Part shown: in pieces, positions 34,364 to 46,518 of the stretch
How the letters are laid out: each line of letters opens with the position of its first letter
Numbering within the stretch: position 1 is the stretch's first letter
DNA from: Eukaryota sp. TZLM1-RC
Taxonomy: Eukaryota; Protista; Metamonada: BaSk clade
Direction: 5' to 3'
NCBI GenBank assembly: GCA_040285825.1
Contig: JAUPSS010000007.1
Coordinates: forward strand, 582,501 to 646,500
DNA length: 64,000 bases
Made by a program: the position numbers and the translations under genes
Notes under the pieces: model-generated
Databases searched by the model: none
What the model saw: the letters and a program-made list of their open reading frames with translations, nothing else
Told to the model about the DNA's origin: nothing

Positions 34364-37073
34364 TTACTGGTGACTGTTTTCAGCATTATCAGCTCTTTTG
34401 AGTTGCTGGGCTACAACACTAGACAGTCTAGCAACGGAGGACACTCGCTTTCTAGCACTTCGAATCAAGCTTGGCATAATCGAGATGATGTTCTCAGTCC
34501 GAACTTGTAAGACATTCATGGCGTGATCTCTTGCTTCTACAATTTCTTGGGCGATGAACTGAAAAATGGCTTCGTTTTCTCTTTCTATATCATCGTCGTT
34601 GTCAACAGAGTGGCTGACTCTGGTGAAAAACTGCGTTAGACCTGTTGGAATGGCAGTTGTAGTGCATGTTGGATCATCTTGAATCTTCTTCTGGTGTGAA
34701 ACAAGGTGATCCTCTTGGCCCTTTGCTGTTTTGTTTGGCTATTCATAATATTATTAAAATGACACAACAAGATTTCCCTGATTTGCGTATTGTTGCCTAT
34801 ATGGATGACATTTCTATTATTGGTTCTTTTGAAAGCATTTCTAGGGTTTCTGAAGACATTGCGGCGAAATACAAAGAAATTGGTTTAGCTTTGAACCCAT
34901 CTAAATGTCTCTTGATTGGTAGAGAAAAACAATCTTTGATGATTGGTGGAGCTCAGATTCCTTTTATCAATTATGACCAACAAGCTTTTAAGTTTCTTGG
35001 ATGTTGGCTTGGCAATTTGGATGAAATTTATTCCCAGTTAAACAATTTATTGGAGAAGTTTGACAAGGATCTTAGTTTTATTGCTGAATGTGACATTGAG
35101 AAACACATCAAATTTTTTATTTTAAAAATTTGTTATTCTGGAAAATTCACTCATATTTTAAGGTCAACTCCCCCATCGGTATCTCTCAATTTTTGCAGAT
35201 CTTTTAACAAACTTCGAGTCAAATTTTTTTCTTCTTTATTAGAAGTAAATGAATCTTTAATTCGAAGTCATGTATTTTGTTCAGCAGATTTGGGTGGAAT
35301 TGGATTCACCAAATCTTCTATTCTGTGTAAAGCAGCATTTTTGGGAGGTGGTAAAAATTTTGTTTTTGAATTTTTCCAAAGGTTCCCTTTTGATGTTCAT
35401 CTGATCAATGGTGAATCAAATTTTTACTTGAATCAACTGCAATTTGAATTAGAAAATTTGCCTAGTGATATCTGGATTCAGTGTTTTCCTCAAAATGTTC
35501 AAGAAATTCCCACCCGATCACTTCCAAATTTACGTTTTTGCTTGAAAAAGCTTCAGCACCATCTGGTTAAATTATATGAAGGCTTGGATTATGAAGTAAG
35601 ACTTGGCTTGGCCAAAACTAAAAATCCCGCTTTCGGTAATTTTTTAAAGGATATTCGTGATAGTTCAGCTGCTGCTTTAGTAACTCAAGTTCCCTCTGTT
35701 TATGGACTTTTGTTAAAAAACAATGAATGGCTTCTAAACATGCGTTTTCGTTGTTTTCTGTGGCCAAACAATTTGCCCAATCATTTAACTTGTAAATGTG
35801 GTAAACCTCTTTTGTTTACTCATCTTTTGAACTGCAAACATTTCATTACGTTTAGAAGCAAAGTGCATAATAACGTCAGGGACCAAATTTATGTAATGTG
35901 CAAATCATATCGAGTAGATTCCTTTTTAGAACCGCTGTTATCAAAATTAATTCTTGATGATCCCAATATTGATAGTACGCGTTACAACAGAGCTTCTATG
36001 GGTCTGACTAGAGGTGATCTAGTTGTTCCTGGTTTAAATGGTAGTTTTACTATTTTTGGACGCCATGTCTATTGACCCTTGTAATTCCTCTAACGAACAT
36101 CTCATTAACTCGGATGTAAATAATCCTCTTCTTGCAGGCGAAAAATATAAAATTGCTAAATATGCGAAACCCATTTCCTCGGTTAATGAAAATTCTCATG
36201 CCCAATATAATTTATGTCCATTTGTTTTTTCTTTGCTTGGATCTCTAGGTAAGGCTGCTATGGCTTTCCTCGAGGATTTTGTTGTAGTTGTAAAGGAAAG
36301 AACTGGAAGAATTTTCAATCGTGTTTACTGGCAAAACAGGATTGTATTTTCTATTTTTAAGGGAATGGTAAAACTAATTTCTGATTCACTATCTTCTTTG
36401 GGGAAATTTTCTGAATCTTTAGCAATTAATTGTTTTGATGTAGGGGAGGCAGGTTTCGAGGATGTGGAGTTTTAATTGTGAATTTCATATTTGTTTGTTG
36501 AATAAAAATTAGTGTTGGATCATCTTTATAATTTTTGGCCCAGGTCTCCCAAGCAGACTGTGGACCGTCAATATCTGGGTTCTGTTCCTGCAAAAACTCC
36601 ACTGTAGTTGACCTTGCTTCTTCAGCTTCTGTTTCCTTAATAAACAAGCCGTATTACTTAGCAGACACATTATCGGCAGCTATTTTGATCGAAAATGGGT
36701 ATTCCTTTCGATCGTTTGGCGCAGCAGATAACCAATTTTTAACCCATTTTCTGATTGTGGAAGCCTCGACTTTGGTATAGTTCCAGCCGTTTCCATAAGA
36801 AAAGAAGAACTGAAACGAGCTTCTTGGATGAGTTTTTACTTCCTGAGCTCGGCAAATTGCGTGAAAGTGTTGCAGGAAAAACTCTTTGAGAGCAGAGGGG
36901 CTCCAAGAGTAATCGTGTGTGTAGAATAAGTCAAGTTCGCGAGGTTCGAGTCTGTTAGATTTCTGGCCTGAAAGACAACAGACAACGCCAACAGTAAGTT
37001 TATTGGCGTCAGGGAACAGTTCTAACGAAAGGTCATTAAACAAAGCACGGTTTACGTTTTGATGTTCACTCAT
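34364..37073 (-). pseudogene. Accessory ORF2 of the second IS630/Tc1 element, split by a CRE insertion (reconstructed ~290 aa with one in-frame stop)
   Basis: 36654-37073 and 36527-36653 are in one frame. Removing the insertion and one TSD copy joins AWETWAKNYKDDPT to CTTTAIPTGL...RKRVSSVARLSSVVAQQLKRADNAENSHQ* (stop 34364-34366), homologous to 999-1352. Confidence 0.75.
34681..36512 (+). mobile_element. CRE-like family C, 5'-truncated at the RT QGDPLG motif
   Basis: GVKQGDPLG, YMDD, CKC..HLLNC, RGDL, PFVFSLLGSL. Perfect 14-bp TSD TGTTGGATCATCTT at 34667-34680 and 36513-36526. Confidence 0.93.
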
Positions 37074-37161
37074 AAGTTGTGGAAAGAAAATGTGGAAAAA
37101 GTCTGTAGGGAATTTGTGAAAAATGCATGTGGTTTGAAATCCACTGCAGTCTCTCCAAAAT

Positions 37162-38294
37162 TCATCCCATAAAACTTCTCTTGTTGCAGATTTGAAAAAC
37201 TTGGATGTTTCGGTTGATGTGCCACAGGCATAAGATGTTTAAGCTTTGAGGAAAGAGCATTTTAATGGAGTTCATTAGCGCCAGTTCACGAACTGTAGTA
37301 ATGGCAGCAGGGATTACTCCAAATATTTCAACGTACGTTGATAAAGCAAAAAAGTAATAGTCAGTTCGTTCTCTTTTTAAAAAGCAAAACGCAAAATAAA
37401 AGTTTTTGTAAGTTCCAGTAATTCCAATAATAGAGAGCAGCCTCATCTTAAAAGCATTTGTCTTATAAGTAGCGTCCATGATCAAGACAGTTGGGTAGCG
37501 TTTAGTGAGTTCGATGGATTTTCGATGACAAAAAAAGAGGGCTACTGAAGTGTTATTTTCCAGATCAACTAAATCCTGATCATCTTGATGAACCTCAATA
37601 TCTGGAGATGCAGAGCGAATTGTAGAATAAGATGCGTTACGAAAGACGAAGTCATCACTGAAGTTGTTGATTAAATATTCCAGCGGAGAGTTATCTCCGA
37701 TCAGATCACGTTTTTTCCGATTCTTTAAGTTTGAAATGTTTCTTTTAGAAATAGAAATCTCAGGATGAGAACTTTTAAAGTCACGTTGAGCTATTCGTGG
37801 AACTGTTGTAATATTAATAGATTCGACAGCTGTTCTTTCTATTTCTGGTGAGCCCCACCTGTGTTGTGGCAGAAAGGTTACATATCGTATACGTTCATGA
37901 TTGTGTTCTAAGCAAAAAGCAGTATAATTAACATCAACAACCCACTGTTCATTCAATCTGATAACTCTCATCTTCCATAAACACTGGGTCTTCAAAGTGG
38001 TGCAAACTCTGCGACGAGAACCTTCTGGTAACGGTTGATACTTTCCAGGGCGAGAACAAACTACATATCCATGATCATATTGTTCCTTAAATCCTAATTT
38101 GTTGACAGCAAATGATTGTTCTTTGGCCCAGTTTTGAATGGCAAGAAAAAGTTCAGAAGAAGTGGAAAAAGAACCATCTTCAGATGGTAGGTCTGTTGTG
38201 AAAGAGGACCACATCAACGAAAGAGTGAATGAGGGTAGCTGTTTGGAAGGATGCACACGGATAACACAAATTTGCACACGGATAACATCATCCC
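37162..38294 (-). mobile_element. MULE (Mutator-like) transposon, 3'-truncated; transposase likely starts at ATG 38214
   Basis: FAR1/WRKY-GCM-type DNA-binding domain (VCSR..KTQCLWKM..HNH), MDATYKTN, CLWHINRNI. The putative left end GGGATG.. carries a duplicated TGTTATCCGTGTGCA motif (38252-38287). Confidence 0.88.
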
Positions 38295-39199
38295 AAGAGT
38301 TATGTTGAAATCTTTTGTTAAATTAGTTTTAACATCGTTCATCTGTCCAGTTCTATTCGAATCTATATCATTACAGTTCAGTAGTTCAATTTTCTCCAAC
38401 AATTGGAATTACATTCTCTGGTCACCTTTTTTCATTATTTGATATATCGGCAGTAACGTGAATAAATTCGTTATCAGTCGTTTATGCAGGTTCAGTTACA
38501 ATTGATTATGGACAATATGTTTCCAATTCCCTTTTGAAATGGAAATGGGAACGCAAAATGTGGAAATTCATTACACATTGCCAAGACTAATCAGCACTCA
38601 TTCTGGTGGATTCATAAGGAACTGTTCAGGCCCAGTACATCAAAATTGAATTAATACAATGTCTGAATATCAAAAACTGATTTTCAGTGGTGCTGATTCT
38701 AATCAAAATATACTGGGAATCAATTGTTTTTGAATTTTTTGAATTAAAAAAAACGATTCAAATTCAGTGGAACCAATTGGAGGTATTGTGTTTATTGGTA
38801 GGAATTCGTTTGAATTTTGTTATTTCCCCTTTGATTTAACTCTCAAAAGTTTTGCTACACTCATCATCCAAAATGTCTTTTGACAAGAATTCGAAAGGAT
38901 TTCACCACTTAAGTTATAGATACCTGCACCAACACGCTTCTATACATACTTCCTACTTTTTGACCAGCTACTGAAAGTGAAAGAACATTTATTAAGCATA
39001 GACTGTGGTTGATTTTTATGTTGAATACAATTCCCCTAAACATTCTCAATTTCAGTTTTCCCCCAAAACTCCCCCAAACAATATGCCGTTGACTTTTCGC
39101 ATACTTTCAGAAGTTAAATCGGCTCAATAGCTTCTGTCGATGCCGTAGGTTGGAAAAGTGGGTTAAGATAAAGCTGATTTATTTTCTATTCATATTATA

Positions 39200-39355
39200 A
39201 AAACCTAAGGCCGCCAACACTATCACTTAATTTACATTGTTTGGAAGACACCAGGGCTCACATGTGTGCTGCTCGCTGTTTTCACCCTCTCACTCAAAAA
39301 GAGATTGCAAAACAGTATAGTGTGTCACAATTCACTATTTCTCAAGCAATCATTT
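39200..39355 (+). pseudogene. Transposase-type helix-turn-helix fragment
   Basis: LTQKEIAKQYSVSQFTISQAI. Confidence 0.5.
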
Positions 39356-40470
39356 GACTCTTCCCCGTGGGGTCCATATCGACGTAGAAGAAACAGAGTA
39401 CTAAACTCTTCGAAAGTTACTACCCTTCTGTTAATCATTGATGTCGATCCCCAGCTATTTTTACATCAAATGAAAAAGATAGCGTTAAAACTCTTTGGTA
39501 AAACTATGTCTGAAACAACACTTTACTGTATAACGTTAGTGGCCATATCAAATTGGGCAACTGCATCAGCATGTAAAACAGTAGGTATTGGAGCCTGAAG
39601 ATAACAGCGATCTGATAAAAGTCGCAATTTCAGCGTCCCTTTTGATGCGTAAAGGCTTAGCGAAACTTTCTACTATTTCCTCATATTCTTTTGTTTTTTT
39701 GGATAAATTGCAAAATCTGTTCTTCTTTTTCTGGACGTCGCTACGTTCTAGATTACAATTTCTTAACAACTTGACTTTGAGAACAGAAGATGGAACACTG
39801 ATAAATTGTTGATTTGATCAGATTCAAATGGAATTTTGAATATCTGCCAGCCACGTGTTGAGAGATGTCATTCAGGATGTATGGATTGAAGTGCTTCAAT
39901 GGATAAGCTTTTAAATTCAACCTCACGATCATTTTGAAGTTCCAATTTATACTCGTTTTTCGAAAGGTCTGCTCCAATACGAAAATATGGAGCGACACCC
40001 TTCTTTATCCATTTTTGGAAGGTTGAATTACTGATAGAACGAAAGTTCTTTGAAGCAGCCCCAGGCTTACCCATCAATACTAATGGTTTTTCATTCATTC
40101 CATAAATTTTAATATTTCTTTCTTTTGCTTGGGCGATAAAGTGAGGAGTCAGAAGTAGCACCAAGTCGTCTGAAACAAGGTGTGAATATGACTCAGCTTG
40201 TTGAATATACACATCGTGTTTCCCTTCATAAAAGAATTTATGAGTTCCCTTATACGGTGCATATAGTAAATACAATTTGAGAGCAACTCAACCATCATGA
40301 ACAAAGGAAAAGTAAAGAGGTTGATGGCTTTGAGTACTATCAACTTCATTAAGGTGAGGGTTGACATACGGTGCTGTATGAAAAGTACTATTGACAGAAG
40401 AAAAATCAAGTTGTTGAGCACAAGACTGTCTCCAAGGGAAGTCAAATCTTTATAAGTTTTTATCAGTGCG
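39356..40470 (-). pseudogene. Decayed gene ending in a possible 2OG-Fe(II) dioxygenase-like domain
   Basis: Stitched frames give LSTRGWQIFKIPF ... PTVLHAD ... FNAIFF ... GST ... PHGE; several stops and frameshifts. Confidence 0.3.
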
Positions 40471-40474
40471 TGGC

Positions 40475-41424
40475 AATACGATATCATTGTTGCCGCTTCC
40501 ACCAAGGAAACATTCCTAGAAAAACTCGAATTAATTCTTTCCTGTGCTAGGAAACACCGTGTAAGAATCGGCCTGCATAAATGCTCTTTCCAGACCGAGA
40601 AACAACCGATGAAGGTCCTCGGAACTATTTTCGAAAATGGTAGACGCCGCATCGACCCATCCAAAATAGAGACCATTCGTAAGTTAGCTCTGCTCACGTG
40701 TGTTCCTGAGGGGAGCTCCTTCATAGGATCTAGCAACTTCCTCCGCGACTGGCTCCCTTCGATTTCTAAAGAACTCGCCCCACTAACCGCCCTTTTGAAG
40801 AATAAGCCAAAGCGTATTAAACTCGGCACTGAAGAGTTGCGTTGCTTCAACATTTTCAAAAATATGGTGATAAACGACCTTGCTCTCCCTGACTCCGACG
40901 CCAACATCCTTGTCTCCACTGACGCTTCTGACAAAGCGATCGCCGGCATCATTTGGAGGGAATTAAGTCCCTCGCCACCCGAAACATGTCTGTCCAAAAG
41001 AAAAGTCATGCCCATCTGTTTTTACTCTCGAATATTGACTAACTCACAGCGTAACTGGTCGACATTACAAAAGGAACTATTCGCAATAGTCATGACACTG
41101 AACCAACCGAATCTCGATTCTTTCCTGCTGACCAAGCACCTAACCTTGTTTTGCGATCACAAAAACCTCTCGTACCTGTTCAGCTGCCCTGACTCTAACC
41201 GCTTAGTGTTACACTGGATCTCTGTGCTACAATCCTTTTTCTTTGACTGTGTACATGTAGAATGAAATCAAGAACTACTGGACCGACTACTTATCTAGAG
41301 TCAAATACACAATTTGCGCCTCAAAGAAAAAGAAAAAAACGAAAAGAAGACCAGAAGTGTCTTTGACAACCCTGCTCCCGCTCCTGCTCCCACCCACGTA
41401 GTATCCGCTATAGTGGCTTCCTCT
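40475..41424 (+). mobile_element. Older Ty3/Gypsy element: RT C-terminus and RNase H fragment
   Basis: DIIVAA..KC, FIGSSNFLRDW, STDASDKAIAG, QRNWSTLQKELFAI, FCDHKNL; paralogous to pol at 48819+. Confidence 0.88.
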
Positions 41425-44400
41425 ATTTATTAAATTATCAAATGATACTTTTGCGTGAACATTTGCCTTTTTCGCCTTTTTATGAACTTCGTATGATTTA
41501 TCGTTAATAGAAGCTGGTGTAATATTAAATAATCGTTTAATGATTTCACCATCGTATACCTTTCCAAATCTTGTGTTTTAAAAAATACAATTCTTTTTGT
41601 TTTGCAACATTTTAACGAGGAAATAATTATTTCAACAGTAAAACAATTCTTCAATTAATTTTTCACGATAGCCAATATAAGTCAGTGCAATATCGGTTTT
41701 ATCTGGATTAATTAACAAGATGTTGTCCAAATTAACTGCCTTTGGATATGTTGCTGTTACATCACGGTGAATTCTAATTCCTGGTGTATCAGAAAAGAAT
41801 TCTCACTGGTTCACTGGTTCAATTGCATTTAATAATTTTATTTCATTACAACGAGGAATTGTTGTTTTTTTTGTTTTAATATAATCATCAAATGCACCCT
41901 TTAATTGTGGTAATAAAACAAACCCCTTTAAATTGAAAATAATCTTTTCATTTACATATTCAAAGCATAGAATATCAAGTAGGCGTGGGTCAACATCCTT
42001 TGTTTGGAATTTCTTAATTCTCTTACTTACAAGTGAATAACACTCACCCAATTCTGAAACATCAATATCATTACAGTTTCTCAACATTAAATCCAAATTC
42101 ATAAAGTAATACTTGTTTTCTATTTCAGTAAAATCAACATCAATGAATAATTATTGTTCGGGATATGTTGGGAATTTCTTTTCAACAATCTTTGGAAGAT
42201 TTGCAATATTATCATATAATATTTTACTGGCAATAAATGACTTTAAACTCAAATATTGATTTCTACACAATTCACCAGTAAATAATGGATGTGATAACAC
42301 AAATTCCATTTCCTCAACATAAAGATTAAATATTTCTTGATTTTTTGACCAAGATGTAAATTCTGTAATTATTTTTGGAGATAACTGGAAAATTGGATCA
42401 CGTATATCTTGCATTGTACTCATTGAAAAATTTTCAAGTGAGTTACCCAATCCATATAATTGTGTGATTGGATCTGTTCTTCTTGACACACTATTATTGA
42501 AATCTGCGGATTTTGAAAATAATACCCTGTAATTGATTTCTCTAGGTGTTGTATCAACAACCTTTGCAACATATTCTTTAGGAGTTTCAGTTTCTGGCAC
42601 GTGATAATTTGTTGGTTGGTCCATATAATTATTAAAATGAATATTCACGATTGCTTGACCAGTTGTCACATTGAGCAAATATTGACAGATATAATCTTCA
42701 TCAGAGATGTCCAACTCTTTACAATATTCATATGTTGCCAATGTTTCAATTATAATCTCTTTTGTTAGCTTCTTACCATCAGATTGTAATTTGAAAATCT
42801 CAGAACACGGATTAATTTTAAACATTTTTCCCAATTCATTTGCAAGATTTTTTTATAAATGAGATGTGAATGGAAAAATGCGGCTGCTGTTGAAATATTA
42901 TGTGATTCAGTTAAACACACAACCACATATCCAACCATCATCTTCTTTTCCTTTGTTGCAATTTGGTGCAATTTTTCCAATTGATACCCATAAGTAGATG
43001 CTAAAATACCCTTTGATTCATAGTCCAAATTGATTTTGTGTAACTTAACATATTCTTGATAAAAATATGGTAACAACACCAGTTCTTCCAATCGTACTTT
43101 CAAATCATTATTGTGATCTAAAACCATTATATCAATTAAGAAATCTGGTATGGTTGAAATTTTAAGATCACCATAATTATAATCTTTTATCATATCAAAA
43201 AAAATCATTTAAATCAACATTTAATTTATTCAAAAACATTCATAGATTTTGGAAATATGTTGACACAGATACATTTTCAATATAATTATAATCCAAAGTA
43301 CCAATAGGTTTGTTGTTTCGTTTCTTTAGAAAATTCCATAATAAAAGAATAAATTCTTGTAGTATATGCAATCATTTTAACCATTTGTAAATTTTCACAG
43401 TCTGATAAATCAAAACAAGTAATTTGTGCACACCTTTAAGTGCACACCTTTGGATATTTTCGGCATCATCAACTAACAGGTTGTTCATTTCTTCAATACT
43501 TTTGACTTTGTTTATGTAATTTCCACATAAATTTTTTTTTAATAATTTGAATTTTATTCTAAACCTATAAATCAACATCTAAAAAATCCATCTCACCCAA
43601 AACAAAAACACTAGATGCAACTCTCTCATAGTGAGATCCAAGAGAAAGCAAAGCATCGGAAACCATCTTCAACATCCCCTTAAAAATAGAAAACACAATT
43701 CTATTTTGCCAAAACAATCTGTTGAAATTTCTGCCAGTTCTTCTCTTTACAATCATTTCAAAATCATCCAAAAAACGTAAAGCAGTTGGTGCAAGTGAAC
43801 CAAAAAGGGAAAATACAAATGGATGCAAATTGTATTTTGCATGCTGTAGACTGGCCAATTTGGATAAAGGTTCATTGTATTTTTTGAATTTAAAATTTTC
43901 AGCATTTGAAAGGGGATTATGAATTTCAGAATTAACAAGCCTTTCATTTGAGGCATTACAAGAATCAACAGACATTACATCCAATAAAATGAAGCTTCCA
44001 TCTAATCCAGGTAATATGACATCACCTCTATTATTCTTATGAAAATCATTTTCAGCATTCAATTCAGGATTCAATTCTATGAGATTTACACATACAATAT
44101 AACTGGTCTCTTACAGCATCATGAACCTTGCTTCTAAAAGTAATAAAATGTTTACAATTTAACAAATGAGTAGTTGTAATTTCTCGAGAACATTTACAAA
44201 TTAAATTATGAGGTAAATTATCAGGCCAGATAAAGGACCGAAATCTCTTATTCAGAGTCCAAGCAGAATCGGATAAGAGAGTACCATAAACTTGTGGAAT
44301 TGTTGTTACTAAGGCAGAAGAAGTACTGTCACACATATCTTGTAAAAGATTTGCAAAAGCGGGATTCTTTTTCTTGGCCAAGCCAAGTCTAACATCAAAA

Positions 44401-45678
44401 GCCAAGCTTTCAAAAATCTTTGACAATTTTTGTTGAAGCTTTTTACAGCAAAACTGTAAATTAAATAGAGATCGGTTTGGAATTTCTTGAATTGATTGAG
44501 GAAAACATTTGGTCCAAATTTGTGGCGGTAATTTTTCAAGTTCACAAGATAACTCATACAAATAGGGACTACAATTGGGGACTAACAGATGAGAATCATC
44601 AGGAAATCTACGAGAAAATTCATAAATAAAATTTTTGCCACCACCCAAGAATGCTGATTGACACAAAATTGAAGATTTAGTAAAACCAATACCACCCAAA
44701 TTTGCTGAAGAAAATAAATGGCTTTTCAACATTCCTGGTTCTACATCCAATAAATCAGCAAAAAATTCTGTTCTCAATGAATTAAAAGAACGACAAAAAA
44801 ATCTAATGCTATGGAAGGAGCATAAGATCTCAAAATGTGGGTTATTCTCCCAGTGTAGCAAATTTTAAGCATGAAAAATTTAATATGCTTTTCTATATCT
44901 AAAGAAGAAATTGAATCAAGTTCAATTTTCATTTTTTTCCAAAATAACTTGCAATTCATTCTGAATTTGAGGCACATTTCCTAACCAACAACCAAGGAAC
45001 TTAAAAGCATCACTACTATAATTAGTAAAAGGGACAATAGAATCGTTTATCACGAGGTCTTGAGCAGAAGAGCCAATCAGAAGGCATTTGCTGGCATTAA
45101 GATGAAGCCCAATATTTTCATATGAATCGGCAATTTCTTGAGCAACCAATTCTAGTAAATCAAATGAACCAATCAAGGATATATCATCCATATAAGCAAC
45201 TATTTTTATAGAAGGGTATTTTTGCTTAATGATATTTAAAGTTTTGTGAATAGCTAAACAAAACAATAATGGGCCTAAAGGATCTCCCTGCTTCACTCCA
45301 GAAGATGATTTAAGACCAAATGAATTAAAAATTAAATCTGATTCTTTCCCATAAAAATGGTAGAAAAAACTCGATAGCTCAGGAAAATCAGATTTAATAA
45401 CTTCAAAAATTGCTTCTCGCTTTACAGAATTAAAAGCATTGTTAAAGTCGAGATTAAAAATAAAATTATTTTCCTCTGCATTAAAAAAGGTATCAGAGGC
45501 AACATAAATTTAACATTTAATAACATATTCCACATAAATGATCTCGTAAAGTAGAAATGAAATTATATTCTAGAAAATTTCCCCAGATACCATATATCAT
45601 GTCGTGTGGTTTGGAGTTACCATCAACTTGTATTTCTTGAGATAAAAAATCGTGAATGTTTGCTAAACAGTTATTCAT
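41425..45678 (-). pseudogene. Large uncharacterised ORF (~750 aa reconstructed), frameshifted and split by the CRE insertion
   Basis: Fragments 45502-45678, 43372-43531, 42765-43208, 42151-42834, 41803-42102 and 41430-41800 follow one another via single stops or shifts. Confidence 0.55.
43532..45501 (-). mobile_element. CRE-like family B, 5'-truncated copy of the defective subfamily
   Basis: Near-identical to 11715-13690, with a poly(T) tail at 43532-43540. TSD ACATAAA(TTT) at 43525-43534 and 45502-45511. Confidence 0.92.
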
Positions 45679-45712
45679 TTTTATGTAATTTAATTCAGTC
45701 TTTTACCTAAGA

Positions 45713-46219
45713 ATGAGATTACCAACTATTTTACAAAAAGGTACTTTTGAAAAACCATCTGGTACAACACAACACGAATGGATGGCTGGGGGTGTTGATG
45801 TTATTGCAGTTGATATAATTACAAAAATTTTAAAAGAAAAACAAAAATTACCACCAACAGATATTGACAAATATATATATATTGTTTATTGGTAGAACTG
45901 GTACTCGAAGATCATCTGCGTTCATCCTTAAATTATATGAGGAATTCCCTGATGCTCGAATGGCAATCCTCGAACCACGTAGGTTTTGATTACAATCATT
46001 TGAACAATATGGTAAAAGTTTGTATGAAACTTATTCGAAAATATACGATAATATAATTGAAGGCAAAAATGAAATTGAAACATTTGAATTCAATGATCAT
46101 GATTATGAATTATATGATTCTATAAAGACAAGAAAGTTACCTCTTATTATTCCAACAAAAAAATAACAGAAGAATTATTAGAACAAGTACGTGCATCTTT
46201 TATAAAGTTAATAGTTTAA
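45713..46219 (+). pseudogene. DEAH/NPH-II-type RNA helicase remnant (N-terminus, motifs I and Ia, then a large internal deletion)
   Basis: MRLPTILQKG...LPPTDIDKYIY, then after a shift LFIGRTGTRRSSAF (degenerate Walker A) and MAILEPRR (motif Ia). Confidence 0.6.
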
Positions 46220-46518
46220 ATTCGGGTAATCTATTTGATTTTCGTTGGGTCGATTTTACAAAAGTTTGTGAAATTGTAACGATATCACCAATTTTATATA
46301 TTTCAACATTTTATTTTGTTTTTGATCATATAATTATGTGAAAAATTACATCTATATCCATATTCACAATAACCATCCTTAAAAAAATGGTAAACATTTT
46401 GTTAATTTATAATTTGATGAAACTTTTCGAGGTTTAATTTCAGTAATTGAATGTGCATATGTGCATTTTTCATTATAAGGACAATTTGGGTAATTTCTAC
46501 AAAATTCAGTTTCATCAT
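46200..46518 (-). pseudogene. Minimal tristetraprolin/ZFP36-like tandem CCCH zinc-finger protein (~105 aa; three 1-nt homopolymer indels)
   Basis: KTEFCRNYPNCPYNEKCTYAH-(18 aa)-CLPFFKDGYCEYGYRCNFSH, with a YKLTKC lead-in and a C-terminal RLPEFKLLTL*. Confidence 0.8.

Noticed and set aside
36635-36657. 22-nt intron removing the stop in ORF2
   Set aside because: A GT-AG pair exists, but removing it would shift the frame away from the homologous downstream sequence, and it is shorter than all supported introns.
40149-41015. 288-aa minus-strand ORF
   Set aside because: Mostly the antisense shadow of the Gypsy RT/RNase H, running across a junction into unrelated sequence.
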